Below are positions 12,272-20,689 of a DNA stretch of 64,000 nucleotides, piece by piece. Made by a program: the position numbers and the translations under genes. The notes beneath the pieces are model-generated. The model saw nothing but the letters and a program-made list of their open reading frames with translations. It had not been told where the DNA came from and ran no database searches. The stretch's first letter is position 1. Every line of letters starts with the position of its first letter. This stretch comes from an uncultured bacterium (lineage in GTDB: Bacteria; Krumholzibacteriota; Krumholzibacteriia; LZORAL124-64-63): assembly GCA_963732385.1 (NCBI GenBank), contig CAVSZB010000007.1, forward strand, positions 672,001 through 736,000, given 5' to 3'.

Positions 12272-12774
12272 GTCGCGCACGCCCTCCCTGCCGCCGCGGC
12301 CGGTGAACCGCGTCGCAGCGCGTGGCAGAGCGCGACCGCGAGCGCATCGCTTTCGTCGAGCGATTCCGGTTCGCGCCCGAGACCCAGCCAGCGACACACC
12401 ATGAAACGCACCTGCTCCTTCGTGGCGGAGCCGGTCCCGGTGAGGGCGAGTTTCACCTCGCGCGGCGCATACCCGATGATCGGCAGCCCCTGCTGGGCGC
12501 CCGCCAGCAGAATCACGCCGCGAGCATGTCCCAGCACCAGCGAACTGTGCGCGTTTCTGGCGTTGAAAAGACTCTCCACCGCCATCTCGGCCGGGGCGTG
12601 CGCCGCGATCAGGGCCGCGACCGCCGCGTGGATGACGCGCAGGCGCTCCGGCAACGGCGAGCGCGGATCGGGACGCACCCGCTCCGCGGCGATCCGGCGC
12701 AGACGCCCGCCGCGGAATTCGATCACGCCGCAACCGGTCACTCGCGAACCGGGGTCGATGCCGAGGATCACCAT
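12268..12774 (-). CDS. ruvC: Crossover junction endodeoxyribonuclease RuvC
   Basis: ILGIDPGS, AVESLF, GSATKEQV, DESDALAVA. Confidence 0.96.
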   Translation of the reverse strand: MVILGIDPGSRVTGCGVIEFRGGRLRRIAAERVRPDPRSPLPERLRVIHAAVAALIAAHAPAEMAVESLFNARNAHSSLVLGHARGVILLAGAQQGLPIIGYAPREVKLALTGTGSATKEQVRFMVCRWLGLGREPESLDESDALAVALCHALRRGSPAAAAGRACAT

Positions 12775-12841
12775 GCCACGTGACCTCGCCGGCGGCAGGC
12801 CGGAGACGGGATGGACGATGCCGGGCCGGACCGCACCGCGA

Positions 12842-13594
12842 CTAGAGATCCGCGTTGAACGCCTTCAGATCGGCATCGTCGATGTCGAAGTTGGCCGAGA
12901 CGTTCGCCACGTCGTCGAGATCGTCGAGCGCATTGATCAGCTTCAACAGCGATTCCGCCTCCTCACCGGCCACCTTCACGGAGGTCTGCGCCACGCGGGT
13001 CAGCTCCGACGAGGCTACCGGCAGGCCCTTCTGCTGCAGCGCCTGGGTCACCGGCGGCAACGCTTCCGTGGTTGTCGTGACGACGATCTCACCTTCGCCC
13101 TCGATCACGTCCTCGGCGCCCGCCTCGATCGCCGCCTCCATGGCGGTCTCGGCATCGCAGCGCCCGGCGTCGATCACTACCTGTCCCACGCGCTGGAACA
13201 GGTAGGAAACACTGCCGAGTCCACCGAGTTTGCCACCGTACTTGGCGAAGCAGTGCCGCACCTCGGCAGCCGTGCGGTTCTTATTGTCGGTCTGAGTCTC
13301 GACGAGAATCGCCACGCCACCCGGACCGTAGCCTTCGTACTCGATCTCCTCGTAGACCACTCCATCGAGTTCGCCGGTCCCTCGCTTGATGGCCCGCTCG
13401 ATCGTGTCCTTGGGCATGTTGGTGGCCTGGGCCGCCAGGACGGCCGCCCGCAGGCGTGAATTGCCCGCCGGATCGCCGCCGCCCCGCGCGGCGATGGTGA
13501 CTTCACGGATCTGGCGTGACCAGATCTTGCTGCGCTGCGCGTCCTTCGCGCCCTTCTTGCGTTTGATCGTGCTCCACTTGGAGTGTCCCGACAT
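12842..13594 (-). CDS. yebC: YebC/PmpR family protein
   Basis: MSGHSKWSTIKRKK, YEGYGPGG, TDNKNRT; upstream of ruvCAB. Confidence 0.97.
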   Translation of the reverse strand: MSGHSKWSTIKRKKGAKDAQRSKIWSRQIREVTIAARGGGDPAGNSRLRAAVLAAQATNMPKDTIERAIKRGTGELDGVVYEEIEYEGYGPGGVAILVETQTDNKNRTAAEVRHCFAKYGGKLGGLGSVSYLFQRVGQVVIDAGRCDAETAMEAAIEAGAEDVIEGEGEIVVTTTTEALPPVTQALQQKGLPVASSELTRVAQTSVKVAGEEAESLLKLINALDDLDDVANVSANFDIDDADLKAFNADL

Positions 13595-13623
13595 GGTCCG
13601 TATCGCTCCTTGTCAGAGCCCGG

Positions 13624-15708
13624 TCAATCCTCTTCCTCGGTGCGGCTCTTGTCGTAGACGTCCATCAGCTTCCGGGCGACGTCGCCCGGCACTTCATCGT
13701 AGTGCGAGAAATCCATGCGGTACACGCCGGTGCCCTGCGTCATCGAGCGCAGCGCAGTCGCGTACTGGTACAGCTCGTCCTGCGGGATCATGGCCTTCAC
13801 GACCTGATAGGGGCCGTCGTTCTCCATCCCCTGGATACGGCCGCGACGCGAGGAGATATCGCCCATCACGTCGCCCATGTAGGCCTCGGGCACCGTGACA
13901 GTAACGCTCATGACCGGCTCCAGCAGCATCGGGCCCGCCTCGCGGACCCCTTTCTGGATCGCCTTGCGCGCCGCGATCTTGAACGCCGCCTCGCTGGAGT
14001 CGACGTTGTGGTAGGAGCCATCGTAGATGGTGGTCCTGATATCGACAACCTCGTAACCGGCCACCACCCCCTGGGTCATGGTTTCGCGGACCCCCTTCTC
14101 AACTGCCGGCACGAACTTGCCCGGCACGACGCCACCGACGATGCCGTTGACGAACTCGAAGCCGGCGCCCCGCGGCTGCGGTTCGATGCGCAGCCAAACA
14201 TCGCCGAACTGCCCCCGCCCGCCGGTCTGCTTCTTGTGACGTCCCTGCACCTCGGCCTTGCCGCGCACGGTCTCCCGGAAAGCGACCCGGGGGCGCTTGC
14301 GCGCCACCTCGACGCCGAACAGTTTCTTCAATCGTTCGAGCAGAAACGCAATCTGGCTCTCGCCCTGCGCGATCAGCAGGGTCTGGCTCAGGTGCGGTTC
14401 GTGGCGGATCGTGAAAGTCGGATCCTCCTCGTGCAGCCTGGTCAGTCCGGAAGACATCTTGTCCTCGTCGCCCGCGGTGAGCGTGTAGATCGCCTCGGTG
14501 GCGGTCGGCATGGGGAATGGGATGGCCGGCAGGGCGATGGCCACGCCGCCGTCGTACAGCGTGCTGCCGAGGGGGCTGCCCTTCAGCTTCGAGGCGATGA
14601 CGATGTCGCCGGAGGAGGCCGCCTCGATTTTTTCCCGCTGCTTGCCGAGGGCCACGCTGAGCTGACCGATCCGCTCCTCCGTGCCGGTGACACTGTTCGT
14701 AAGGGAATCGCCGGAAGCGATCGTGCCGCTCCAGACGCGCAGCCAGGTGATGTCGCCCCCCTGCGCCTCGCTCTGCCGCTTGAAAGCGAAGGCGACCTTC
14801 GCGCCGGTCGGCGAGATGTCCATCGTGACGGCATCTTCGTAGCCGGGGCGGTTCCCCTGCAGGGAGGTCCGTATGGCGGGCGCCGGCAGCAGGCGGACTA
14901 CCGTCTCGAGCAGCGGCAGCACGCCGACCTCGCTGTCGGCGGCCGTGCAGAGGATCGGGAAAACCTTGCCCGCGACGATCCCGGCGACCAGTCCCTTCAC
15001 GACCTCGGCCTCGCTGAGGCTCCCCTGTTCCAGAAACTTCTCCACCAGCACGTCGTCGCTCTCGGCCGCGGCGTTCAGCAGCGCCTCGCGCGCCTCCGCC
15101 ACCGCGTCGGCCATGTCCGCCGGCGGCTCGCCCACGATCGCCTTGCCACCGGACCAGGAATGGGCCTTCTGCGTGATCAGGTCGACGACTCCCTTGAATG
15201 CCTCCCCTTCGCCGATCGGCAACTGCACCGGCACGGCGCCCGCGCCCGCCCGGGCCTGGATCCCGTGCACCGCATCCGCGAAATGCGAATGCTCCTTGTT
15301 CATGCGATTGAGCACGATGAGGGTCGGTATGCCATGCGCGCGCAGCACCCGCCAGAGCGCCTCGCTGGGAACCTCGAGGCCGCCGTCACCTTTGACAAGG
15401 AACAGCGCCGACTCGCACACCTCCAGCGCGGCGAAAACGTCGCCCCGAAAGTCGTCCTGCCCCGGCGTGTCGATGAGGTTGATCTTGACCCCCCCGACCT
15501 CGGTCCACCCCAGGCTGGCGCTGATGGTCTGCTTCCGCTCGATCTCTTCATCGTGGTAGTCGAATACCGACGAGCCGTCGTCGATGTTGCCACGCCGCCC
15601 CACCTTGCCGGTCACGTGCAGGATCGCGTCGGCCAGGCTGGTCTTGCCGACTCCCCGCGGCCCGGTGAGGACGATGTTGCGGATCTTGTCCAGCGCGAAG
15701 GTTTTCAA
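13624..15708 (-). CDS. Elongation factor G paralog (EF-G2/EF-G-like), stand-alone
   Basis: Full EF-G architecture (KKQTGGRGQFG, YHNVDSSE, LLEP, RSMTQG); G motifs GPRGVGKT, DTPGQ, NRMN; not in an rpsL-rpsG-tuf operon. Confidence 0.9.
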   Translation of the reverse strand: MKTFALDKIRNIVLTGPRGVGKTSLADAILHVTGKVGRRGNIDDGSSVFDYHDEEIERKQTISASLGWTEVGGVKINLIDTPGQDDFRGDVFAALEVCESALFLVKGDGGLEVPSEALWRVLRAHGIPTLIVLNRMNKEHSHFADAVHGIQARAGAGAVPVQLPIGEGEAFKGVVDLITQKAHSWSGGKAIVGEPPADMADAVAEAREALLNAAAESDDVLVEKFLEQGSLSEAEVVKGLVAGIVAGKVFPILCTAADSEVGVLPLLETVVRLLPAPAIRTSLQGNRPGYEDAVTMDISPTGAKVAFAFKRQSEAQGGDITWLRVWSGTIASGDSLTNSVTGTEERIGQLSVALGKQREKIEAASSGDIVIASKLKGSPLGSTLYDGGVAIALPAIPFPMPTATEAIYTLTAGDEDKMSSGLTRLHEEDPTFTIRHEPHLSQTLLIAQGESQIAFLLERLKKLFGVEVARKRPRVAFRETVRGKAEVQGRHKKQTGGRGQFGDVWLRIEPQPRGAGFEFVNGIVGGVVPGKFVPAVEKGVRETMTQGVVAGYEVVDIRTTIYDGSYHNVDSSEAAFKIAARKAIQKGVREAGPMLLEPVMSVTVTVPEAYMGDVMGDISSRRGRIQGMENDGPYQVVKAMIPQDELYQYATALRSMTQGTGVYRMDFSHYDEVPGDVARKLMDVYDKSRTEEED

Positions 15709-15801
15709 GCTCTTTCCTCCCGACGGCAGGATGCGCATGACCGGCGCCCCCTTGGCGGCGCCGCGGAGCCCGCGCGTGGCGGACCCGGAGATAAACGTGA
15801 A

Positions 15802-15830
15802 ATGTTAGCCCGACGCTCCGGCCGTGTCAA
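15802..15830 (-). promoter_or_regulatory. Putative sigma70 promoter for the EF-G paralog and yebC-ruv genes
   Basis: TTGACA-N17-TAACAT. Confidence 0.7.
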
Positions 15831-16111
15831 TTGGCCTCCGCCGAACCGCCCCAACCTCCGCCCCGCCCCCGTCCGTCGCCTGCCGGACCGGCGAGCGGAA
15901 CCTTGTGACACCCGCGGGGAATCCGTATGTTCAGGCGATGGCGCCGGGGCACAAAGTCCTGGACACCAATGAAGGCGGAAGTTAACGTTCATCACTGCGG
16001 GTTGGACCTGTGCACCAGCCCGGTTCAACCGCCCCACCTGAACCCTCCGACCCGTCTCACGCGGCGGTCAGGGTGACGATGCGGTCGATGACAATCCACT
16101 CGAGGTGTGGT

Positions 16112-16909
16112 ATGCAGCGGAAGCTTCTCCCGGTTATCCTGTGGGCCGCCTCCCTCCTTCTTCTCGCATCGCCGGATGTGCGCGCCCAGACCGAAGCTCC
16201 GGATGCCAGCGGTGCCGAGGTGCCGGAGGTGAACTACCGGCTCAAGAAGATTGCCCTGACGCTCTATGGCGGCACCTTCTCCGGCGGGACCTTCTTGGAA
16301 CTTCCGAGCACGGGTCCACGCACCCGGTTCGAAGATGGATCAGACCCCATCTACCGCTACGACGGTCTCCCGTTCACCGCGCTCGACGGTGATTTCTACT
16401 CGGCGCCCCGCAAGGAGATCGAATCCAGCACCCAGATCGGCGCCGCGATCGGCTTCTATCTTTCCGACCAGTTCCATCTCGACCTGCAACTGGCGACGGC
16501 CGCTTCCCGGGCTACGACAACATTCCTTTTCGCCGATCCGCTCACGCTTGAAGCGGACACCGTCCGGATCCAGGTCGACGAGGACCCCGGCTTCAGGACG
16601 ATGATGGGCGGCGCCAGCCTCGCCTTCGACGCGACATCTCTCTCGGTCGCCGGCATCACCCCGGTCGCCAGTTGCGCGATCGGCGGCATCATCAACCGCT
16701 TCACCCAACTCGAGGACAAGACCGCCCTCTACTTCCAGGTTGGGATCGGTTTCTACCATGACTTCGGTCCGAAGATGCGCCTGTCCACTCAGTTCGCGGC
16801 GACGACCTTCAGTTTCGACCGCGAGGAGCTGGTTTACGGCGAGCGGGTCACCTACACCAACATCTCGCTCGGGCTGGCCTACCTCGTCGATATGATTCCG
16901 GGCGACTGA
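16112..16909 (+). CDS. Hypothetical exported protein, probable small outer-membrane beta-barrel
   Basis: Signal peptide MQRKLLPVILWAASLLLLASPDVRA; alternating strands (IGAAIGFYL, YFQVGIGFYHDF, NISLGLAYL); start uncertain. Confidence 0.65.
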   Translation: MQRKLLPVILWAASLLLLASPDVRAQTEAPDASGAEVPEVNYRLKKIALTLYGGTFSGGTFLELPSTGPRTRFEDGSDPIYRYDGLPFTALDGDFYSAPRKEIESSTQIGAAIGFYLSDQFHLDLQLATAASRATTTFLFADPLTLEADTVRIQVDEDPGFRTMMGGASLAFDATSLSVAGITPVASCAIGGIINRFTQLEDKTALYFQVGIGFYHDFGPKMRLSTQFAATTFSFDREELVYGERVTYTNISLGLAYLVDMIPGD

Positions 16910-16943
16910 GTCCGGTCAGCTACTCGCGCCGGCGCTGAACAGG

Positions 16944-16977
16944 AAACCGCCGCGGCCCCGGGGCCACGGCGGTTTTT
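16944..16977. terminator. Intrinsic terminator between convergent genes, probably bidirectional
   Basis: AAACCGCCG-cGGCC-ccgg-GGCCa-CGGCGG-TTTTT. Confidence 0.75.
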
Positions 16978-17000
16978 AACCAACAGGACCAGAATCAGCC

Positions 17001-17177
17001 CTACTTCTTCTTAGCGACCTTCTTCTTGGCCTTCTTGGCGACCTTCTTCTTGGCCTTCTTGGCGACCTTCTTCGCGACCTTCTTCTTCGCGACCTTCTTG
17101 GCCACCTTCTTCTTCGCGACCTTCTTGGCCACCTTCTTCTTCGCCTTCTTCTTCGGGGCTGCAGCCTTCATGTTCAT
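17001..17177 (-). CDS. Histone H1-like lysine-rich small protein (58 aa)
   Basis: MNMKAAAPKKKAKKKVAKKVAKKK...; 32 of 58 residues are Lys; GGAGG SD, own promoter and terminator. Confidence 0.8.
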   Translation of the reverse strand: MNMKAAAPKKKAKKKVAKKVAKKKVAKKVAKKKVAKKVAKKAKKKVAKKAKKKVAKKK

Positions 17178-17424
17178 TCTCTCCTCCATCTCGGACCTCA
17201 CTTTGTGACAGGGACTCCGTTTGCCTGCCCCGCCGCACCCTGCGGGTCAGGCCCGTCACCGCTCGCCAGGGCACGCCACATCCGCTGCTCGACTCCAGAG
17301 CAATCGCTGCGTCCGCGGCGCCGCCCACATCATCGCCCCGGTGAATCCGGGTCGGCTCGCGATGGCGGCTCTCCTGGCAGGGGCTCGAACACTCCGACAC
17401 GACAGCCCCTGCACAATCGGACTC

Positions 17425-17453
17425 AGTATTCGGATGACGCGAAATCGTGTCAA
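17425..17453 (-). promoter_or_regulatory. Sigma70 promoter for the histone-like gene
   Basis: TTGACA-N17-AATACT. Confidence 0.7.
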
Positions 17454-17486
17454 CAAAAAATGAAGACAAGCTCACCTTTTTTGTTG
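17451..17486. repeat. Perfect 10-bp inverted repeat overlapping the -35 box (candidate operator)
   Basis: CAACAAAAAA-N16-TTTTTTGTTG. Confidence 0.7.
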
Positions 17487-17949
17487 CGCGCCATCGGACG
17501 TCCATCGTGCCGCGCGTGTGCATGACGCTCGACGCACGCGCGCCTCATCCAGCAACGCTCGACCCGCGTGCGCATCACGCGCGCCATACTCCCATCACCT
17601 CCTCTCCATCCCTCGACCCCGCGCGCAGCGTCATTTCACGCGCACCGGTGCTGCGCGCCAATCACCGAGCAACGATACGCCGGCACTGCGCCAACGCGCA
17701 TCAGCCGCCGGCGAATCGCATGACGACAGAGGATCCGCCGGAAACGATCCCTGTCTCGAACAGCACGATGACCCGGCGTGGCGGACCGCGTTGCGCGTTG
17801 CGCGTTGCCGATTTTGAAGTGGGAGAAATGCCGCCGGCCCGACGGCGAGGAGTAGCCTGGTATTCCTGAAGTCCAGGATCGAGACGGGGCAACGCTGGCG
17901 CAATCGTCGGTTTCGCGGGCACGGCCAGAGACATCACCGGACTCACCCG

Positions 17950-17985
17950 AAAAAGCGCGGGGCCGCCTCACGACGGCCCCGCGCT
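17950..17985 (-). terminator. Intrinsic terminator downstream of tRNA-Leu
   Basis: AGCGCGGGGCCG-N8-CGGCCCCGCGCT followed by a T tract on the minus strand. Confidence 0.85.
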
Positions 17986-17991
17986 CTGATC

Positions 17992-18076
17992 TGGTGCCCG
18001 GGGCGGGATTTGAACCCGCACGACTTTCGCCACTGCCCCCTCAAGACAGCGTGTCTACCAATTCCACCACCCGGGC
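17992..18076 (-). tRNA. tRNA-Leu(GAG), CCA encoded
   Basis: GCCCGGG acceptor stem, TGGTGGAATTGGTAGACAC D arm, CTGTC-TTGAGGG-GGCAG anticodon arm, long variable arm, GGTTCAAATCC T arm; secG-tRNA-Leu(GAG) synteny. Confidence 0.97.
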
Positions 18077-18096
18077 CACGCTGGACCGGACCGCCT

Positions 18097-18459
18097 TCAG
18101 CGACCCGGCGGGGTTTCGGCCGGCTGCCCGGCGGGCTGTCCCGTCGGAGCCACGGGCGCCGGCGACTGCGAGGCCGCTCCGCGAGCAGCCTCCCTCACCA
18201 CGGAATGGCCGCTGGTCGCGCCGCGCTGGGCCGACAGCCCGAACAACAGCGCGGAGGTGATGAAGAAGCCCGCGGCCAGATAGATCGTCAGCTTGTGCAG
18301 AATGGTCGTCATGCCGCGGCTGCCGAAAATCTGCTGCGGCAGTCCGCCACCGCCGCCGAAAGCTCCCGCCAGGCCGCTGCCCTTGCTGGATTGCAGCAGC
18401 ACCACCACACACAGCACGACGCTGACCAGGATGTGGAGAATCAGAATGATTGTGTACAT
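18097..18459 (-). CDS. secG: Preprotein translocase subunit SecG
   Basis: VLLQSSKGSGLAGAFGGGG; two TM helices. Confidence 0.95.
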   Translation of the reverse strand: MYTIILILHILVSVVLCVVVLLQSSKGSGLAGAFGGGGGLPQQIFGSRGMTTILHKLTIYLAAGFFITSALLFGLSAQRGATSGHSVVREAARGAASQSPAPVAPTGQPAGQPAETPPGR

Positions 18460-18534
18460 CCGCTCGCGCTCCCGACGATTGGCGGCCGCGGCCGCAATAC
18501 AAAAGCCCCCGGTGCGCACCGGCGGCGGCTGGTT

Positions 18535-18563
18535 AAAATAGCACCCACCCATACATCTGTCAA
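18535..18563 (-). promoter_or_regulatory. Sigma70 promoter for secG-tRNA-Leu
   Basis: TTGACA-N17-TATTTT with an extended -10 TG. Confidence 0.7.
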
Positions 18564-18578
18564 TGCGCCACGCAACTC

Positions 18579-19781
18579 TCAGGCTGGCGAGAGCGCCGTC
18601 ACCCCCGGGAGTTCCATGCCGGCCATGAACTCGAGGGAGGCGCCGCCGCCCGTCGAAACATGCGTGATCCGGTCCGCCAGACCGAGCTGATTGAGGGCCG
18701 ACACGGAATCGCCCCCGCCGACCACCGAAAGGGCGCCGGCGTCGGTGGCGCCGGCGATCGCCTCGCCCATGGCGCGGGTGCCTTGCGCGAAGGCCGGAAT
18801 TTCGAACACGCCGACCGGTCCATTCCAGAAGATCGCGCGGGCCCCGCCCAGGATCCGGCAGTAGCGGGCTATGGTCTGGGATCCGATGTCGAGCCCCTGC
18901 CAGCCTTCGGGAATGTCGGTGACAAGGACCTCGCGCCGTCGCGCCGATTCGCTGAAGTCATCGGCGATCAGGCAGTCCTCGGGCAGGACCAGCTGACCGC
19001 GCGAAGTCTTCGCCTGCTCGACGATCTGGCGCGCCACTTCGAGGCTGCCGGCATCGACAAGACTCTTGCCCACGCTTAGTCCGCGCACCGTGAGGAAGGT
19101 GAAGATCATGCCGCCGCCCAGCAGCAGCGTGTCCACGCGAGACAAAAGGCTCTGGATCACCTCGACCTTGCCCTTCACCTTGGCGCCGCCGAGCAGCGCC
19201 ACGAAGGGGCGGGGCGGATCGGCCAGCAGGGAGCCGAGATGCTCCAGTTCCTTCTCCATCAGGAAACCGGCGTAGCGGCGGTCGAAGTGCGCCGCCACCC
19301 CGACCGTCGAGGCGTGCGCACGATGCGCGGCGCCGAAGGCGTCGTTGACATACGCGTCCCCCAGCCGCGCCAGGGCCGCCGCGCAGGCGGGATCGTTCTT
19401 CGTCTCACCACTCTCGAAGCGCAGGTTCTCCAGCAGCAGCACTTCGCCCGGCGCCAGCCGCGCCGCCTGGGCCGCGGCATCGGGACCGGCCGCGTCGGCG
19501 GCGAAGCGGACCGGCGCCCCCACCAGTTCCGCGAGGCGATCAGCCACGGGGCGTAAGGAATAGGCCGGGTCAGGCGCCCCTTTCGGCCGTCCCAGATGGC
19601 TCATCAGCACGACGCTGCCGCCTCCGGCCAGGACATGCCGGATCGACGGCAGACTCGCCACGATCCGCGTTTCATCCGTGATGCGGCGATCCGGGTCGAG
19701 CGGCACGTTGAAATCCACGCGCATCAGGACCCGCTGGCCGCGGGGGTCGAGCTGGCGCAGGCTCAGCTTGGGGCTGATCAA
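18579..19781 (-). CDS. pgk: Phosphoglycerate kinase
   Basis: RVDFNVP, SHLGRP, LENLRF, NDAFGAAHRAHAS, GGGDS, STGGGASLE. Confidence 0.97.
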   Translation of the reverse strand: MISPKLSLRQLDPRGQRVLMRVDFNVPLDPDRRITDETRIVASLPSIRHVLAGGGSVVLMSHLGRPKGAPDPAYSLRPVADRLAELVGAPVRFAADAAGPDAAAQAARLAPGEVLLLENLRFESGETKNDPACAAALARLGDAYVNDAFGAAHRAHASTVGVAAHFDRRYAGFLMEKELEHLGSLLADPPRPFVALLGGAKVKGKVEVIQSLLSRVDTLLLGGGMIFTFLTVRGLSVGKSLVDAGSLEVARQIVEQAKTSRGQLVLPEDCLIADDFSESARRREVLVTDIPEGWQGLDIGSQTIARYCRILGGARAIFWNGPVGVFEIPAFAQGTRAMGEAIAGATDAGALSVVGGGDSVSALNQLGLADRITHVSTGGGASLEFMAGMELPGVTALSPA

Positions 19782-19882
19782 GTTCGCGTCCTCCTGTTGA
19801 CGGATCGGGGCGATGCTTCCCGCCTGGTCCCGAACATCCTCACAATTCGTAACTCATTGTCATGAAGAACTCTACGCGCGAA

Positions 19883-19911
19883 ATCCTAGGCTGGCTCCGC
19901 GCGACTGTCAA
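19883..19911 (-). promoter_or_regulatory. Sigma70 promoter for pgk, overlapping the comF 3' end
   Basis: TTGACA-N17-TAGGAT. Confidence 0.65.
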
Positions 19912-20686
19912 GCCACGTTTCCTGGGCCACCTCACCGCAGGCGGCGCCGATCCCGGCCACGATCGCCCCGGCAACATCCCAACCGGCGTCCCGCAACGCC
20001 CCCGCGACAGCGGTCAGCGTCTGGCCGCTCGTAGCCAGGTCGTCCACCAGCAACAGCGCGGGCGAGCCGGTCGGCGCAGGAGCGGCCGCGAAAGCCCCCG
20101 TCACGTTGGCGCGCCGCGCCGCTAGCGACGAGGCGATCTTCGCCTGCTGAGGCGTCGGGCGGGCCCGGCGCACGATCCGCTCGGCAGTCGGGCAGCCGAG
20201 ACGCGCCGCCAGCAGGCGCGCCAGCAGATCGGCCTGGTTGAAGCCACGTTCCTGGCGGCGCGCGGGGTGCAGCGGCACCGGCACGAGCGCGGCGCCGCCC
20301 CCGGGAGCGGGCAACAGCGCCGTGGCCGGCGCGGCCACCGCGGCCAGCCCCCACGCCGCACCGCGCACGCCGTGATACTTGAGGGCGCCGGCGAGCGCCA
20401 CCAGTTCCGGACTTTCCGCGCGCCCCGCCGCGACCGGGAGCGATCCGCCGGCCTCCAGCGGCACCTCGTGCCGTCGCGGTTCACCGACGAGACGCGCCTG
20501 GCATCGCCCGCAGAGATGGGGCAGATCCCAGGCGCGCAAACCCGGCACCCGCGCGCCGCACGGGGCCCACGGAGCGCTGCCAGCCGCGATACCGCAGAGG
20601 ACGCAGCACTCCGGCCAGAGAAGATCGACCAGCGCCCGCGCCGGCCAGGCAACGGCAGCCGACCAGTTCGCGCAACCGCTGCGCAC
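19886..20686 (-). CDS. comF: ComF family phosphoribosyltransferase
   Basis: CVLC/CGRC zinc ribbon, LKY, VPVPLH...RGFNQA, LLVDDLATSGQTL. Confidence 0.88.
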   Translation of the reverse strand: MRSGCANWSAAVAWPARALVDLLWPECCVLCGIAAGSAPWAPCGARVPGLRAWDLPHLCGRCQARLVGEPRRHEVPLEAGGSLPVAAGRAESPELVALAGALKYHGVRGAAWGLAAVAAPATALLPAPGGGAALVPVPLHPARRQERGFNQADLLARLLAARLGCPTAERIVRRARPTPQQAKIASSLAARRANVTGAFAAAPAPTGSPALLLVDDLATSGQTLTAVAGALRDAGWDVAGAIVAGIGAACGEVAQETWLDSRAEPA

Positions 20687-20689
20687 GCG

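Noticed and set aside
15932..16010. c-di-GMP-I riboswitch-like GCACAAAG segment
   Set aside because: Lacks the GNRA tetraloop stem and receptor arrangement.
17001..17155. Tandem DNA repeats resembling a microsatellite or CRISPR array
   Set aside because: They are codon repeats of the Lys-rich ORF, with no unique spacers and no cas genes.
17026..17208. Phe-rich plus-strand ORF (MAFLATFF...)
   Set aside because: Antisense reading of the lysine codons. The SD site, promoter and terminator support the minus strand.
17178..17420. CsrA-binding sRNA, based on several GGA motifs
   Set aside because: The GGA count is not clearly above chance for a G-rich strand, and few fit ANGGA in loops.
17950..18076. 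Integrated element at tRNA-Leu
   Set aside because: No integrase and no duplicated tRNA 3' end were seen; the native terminator follows directly.
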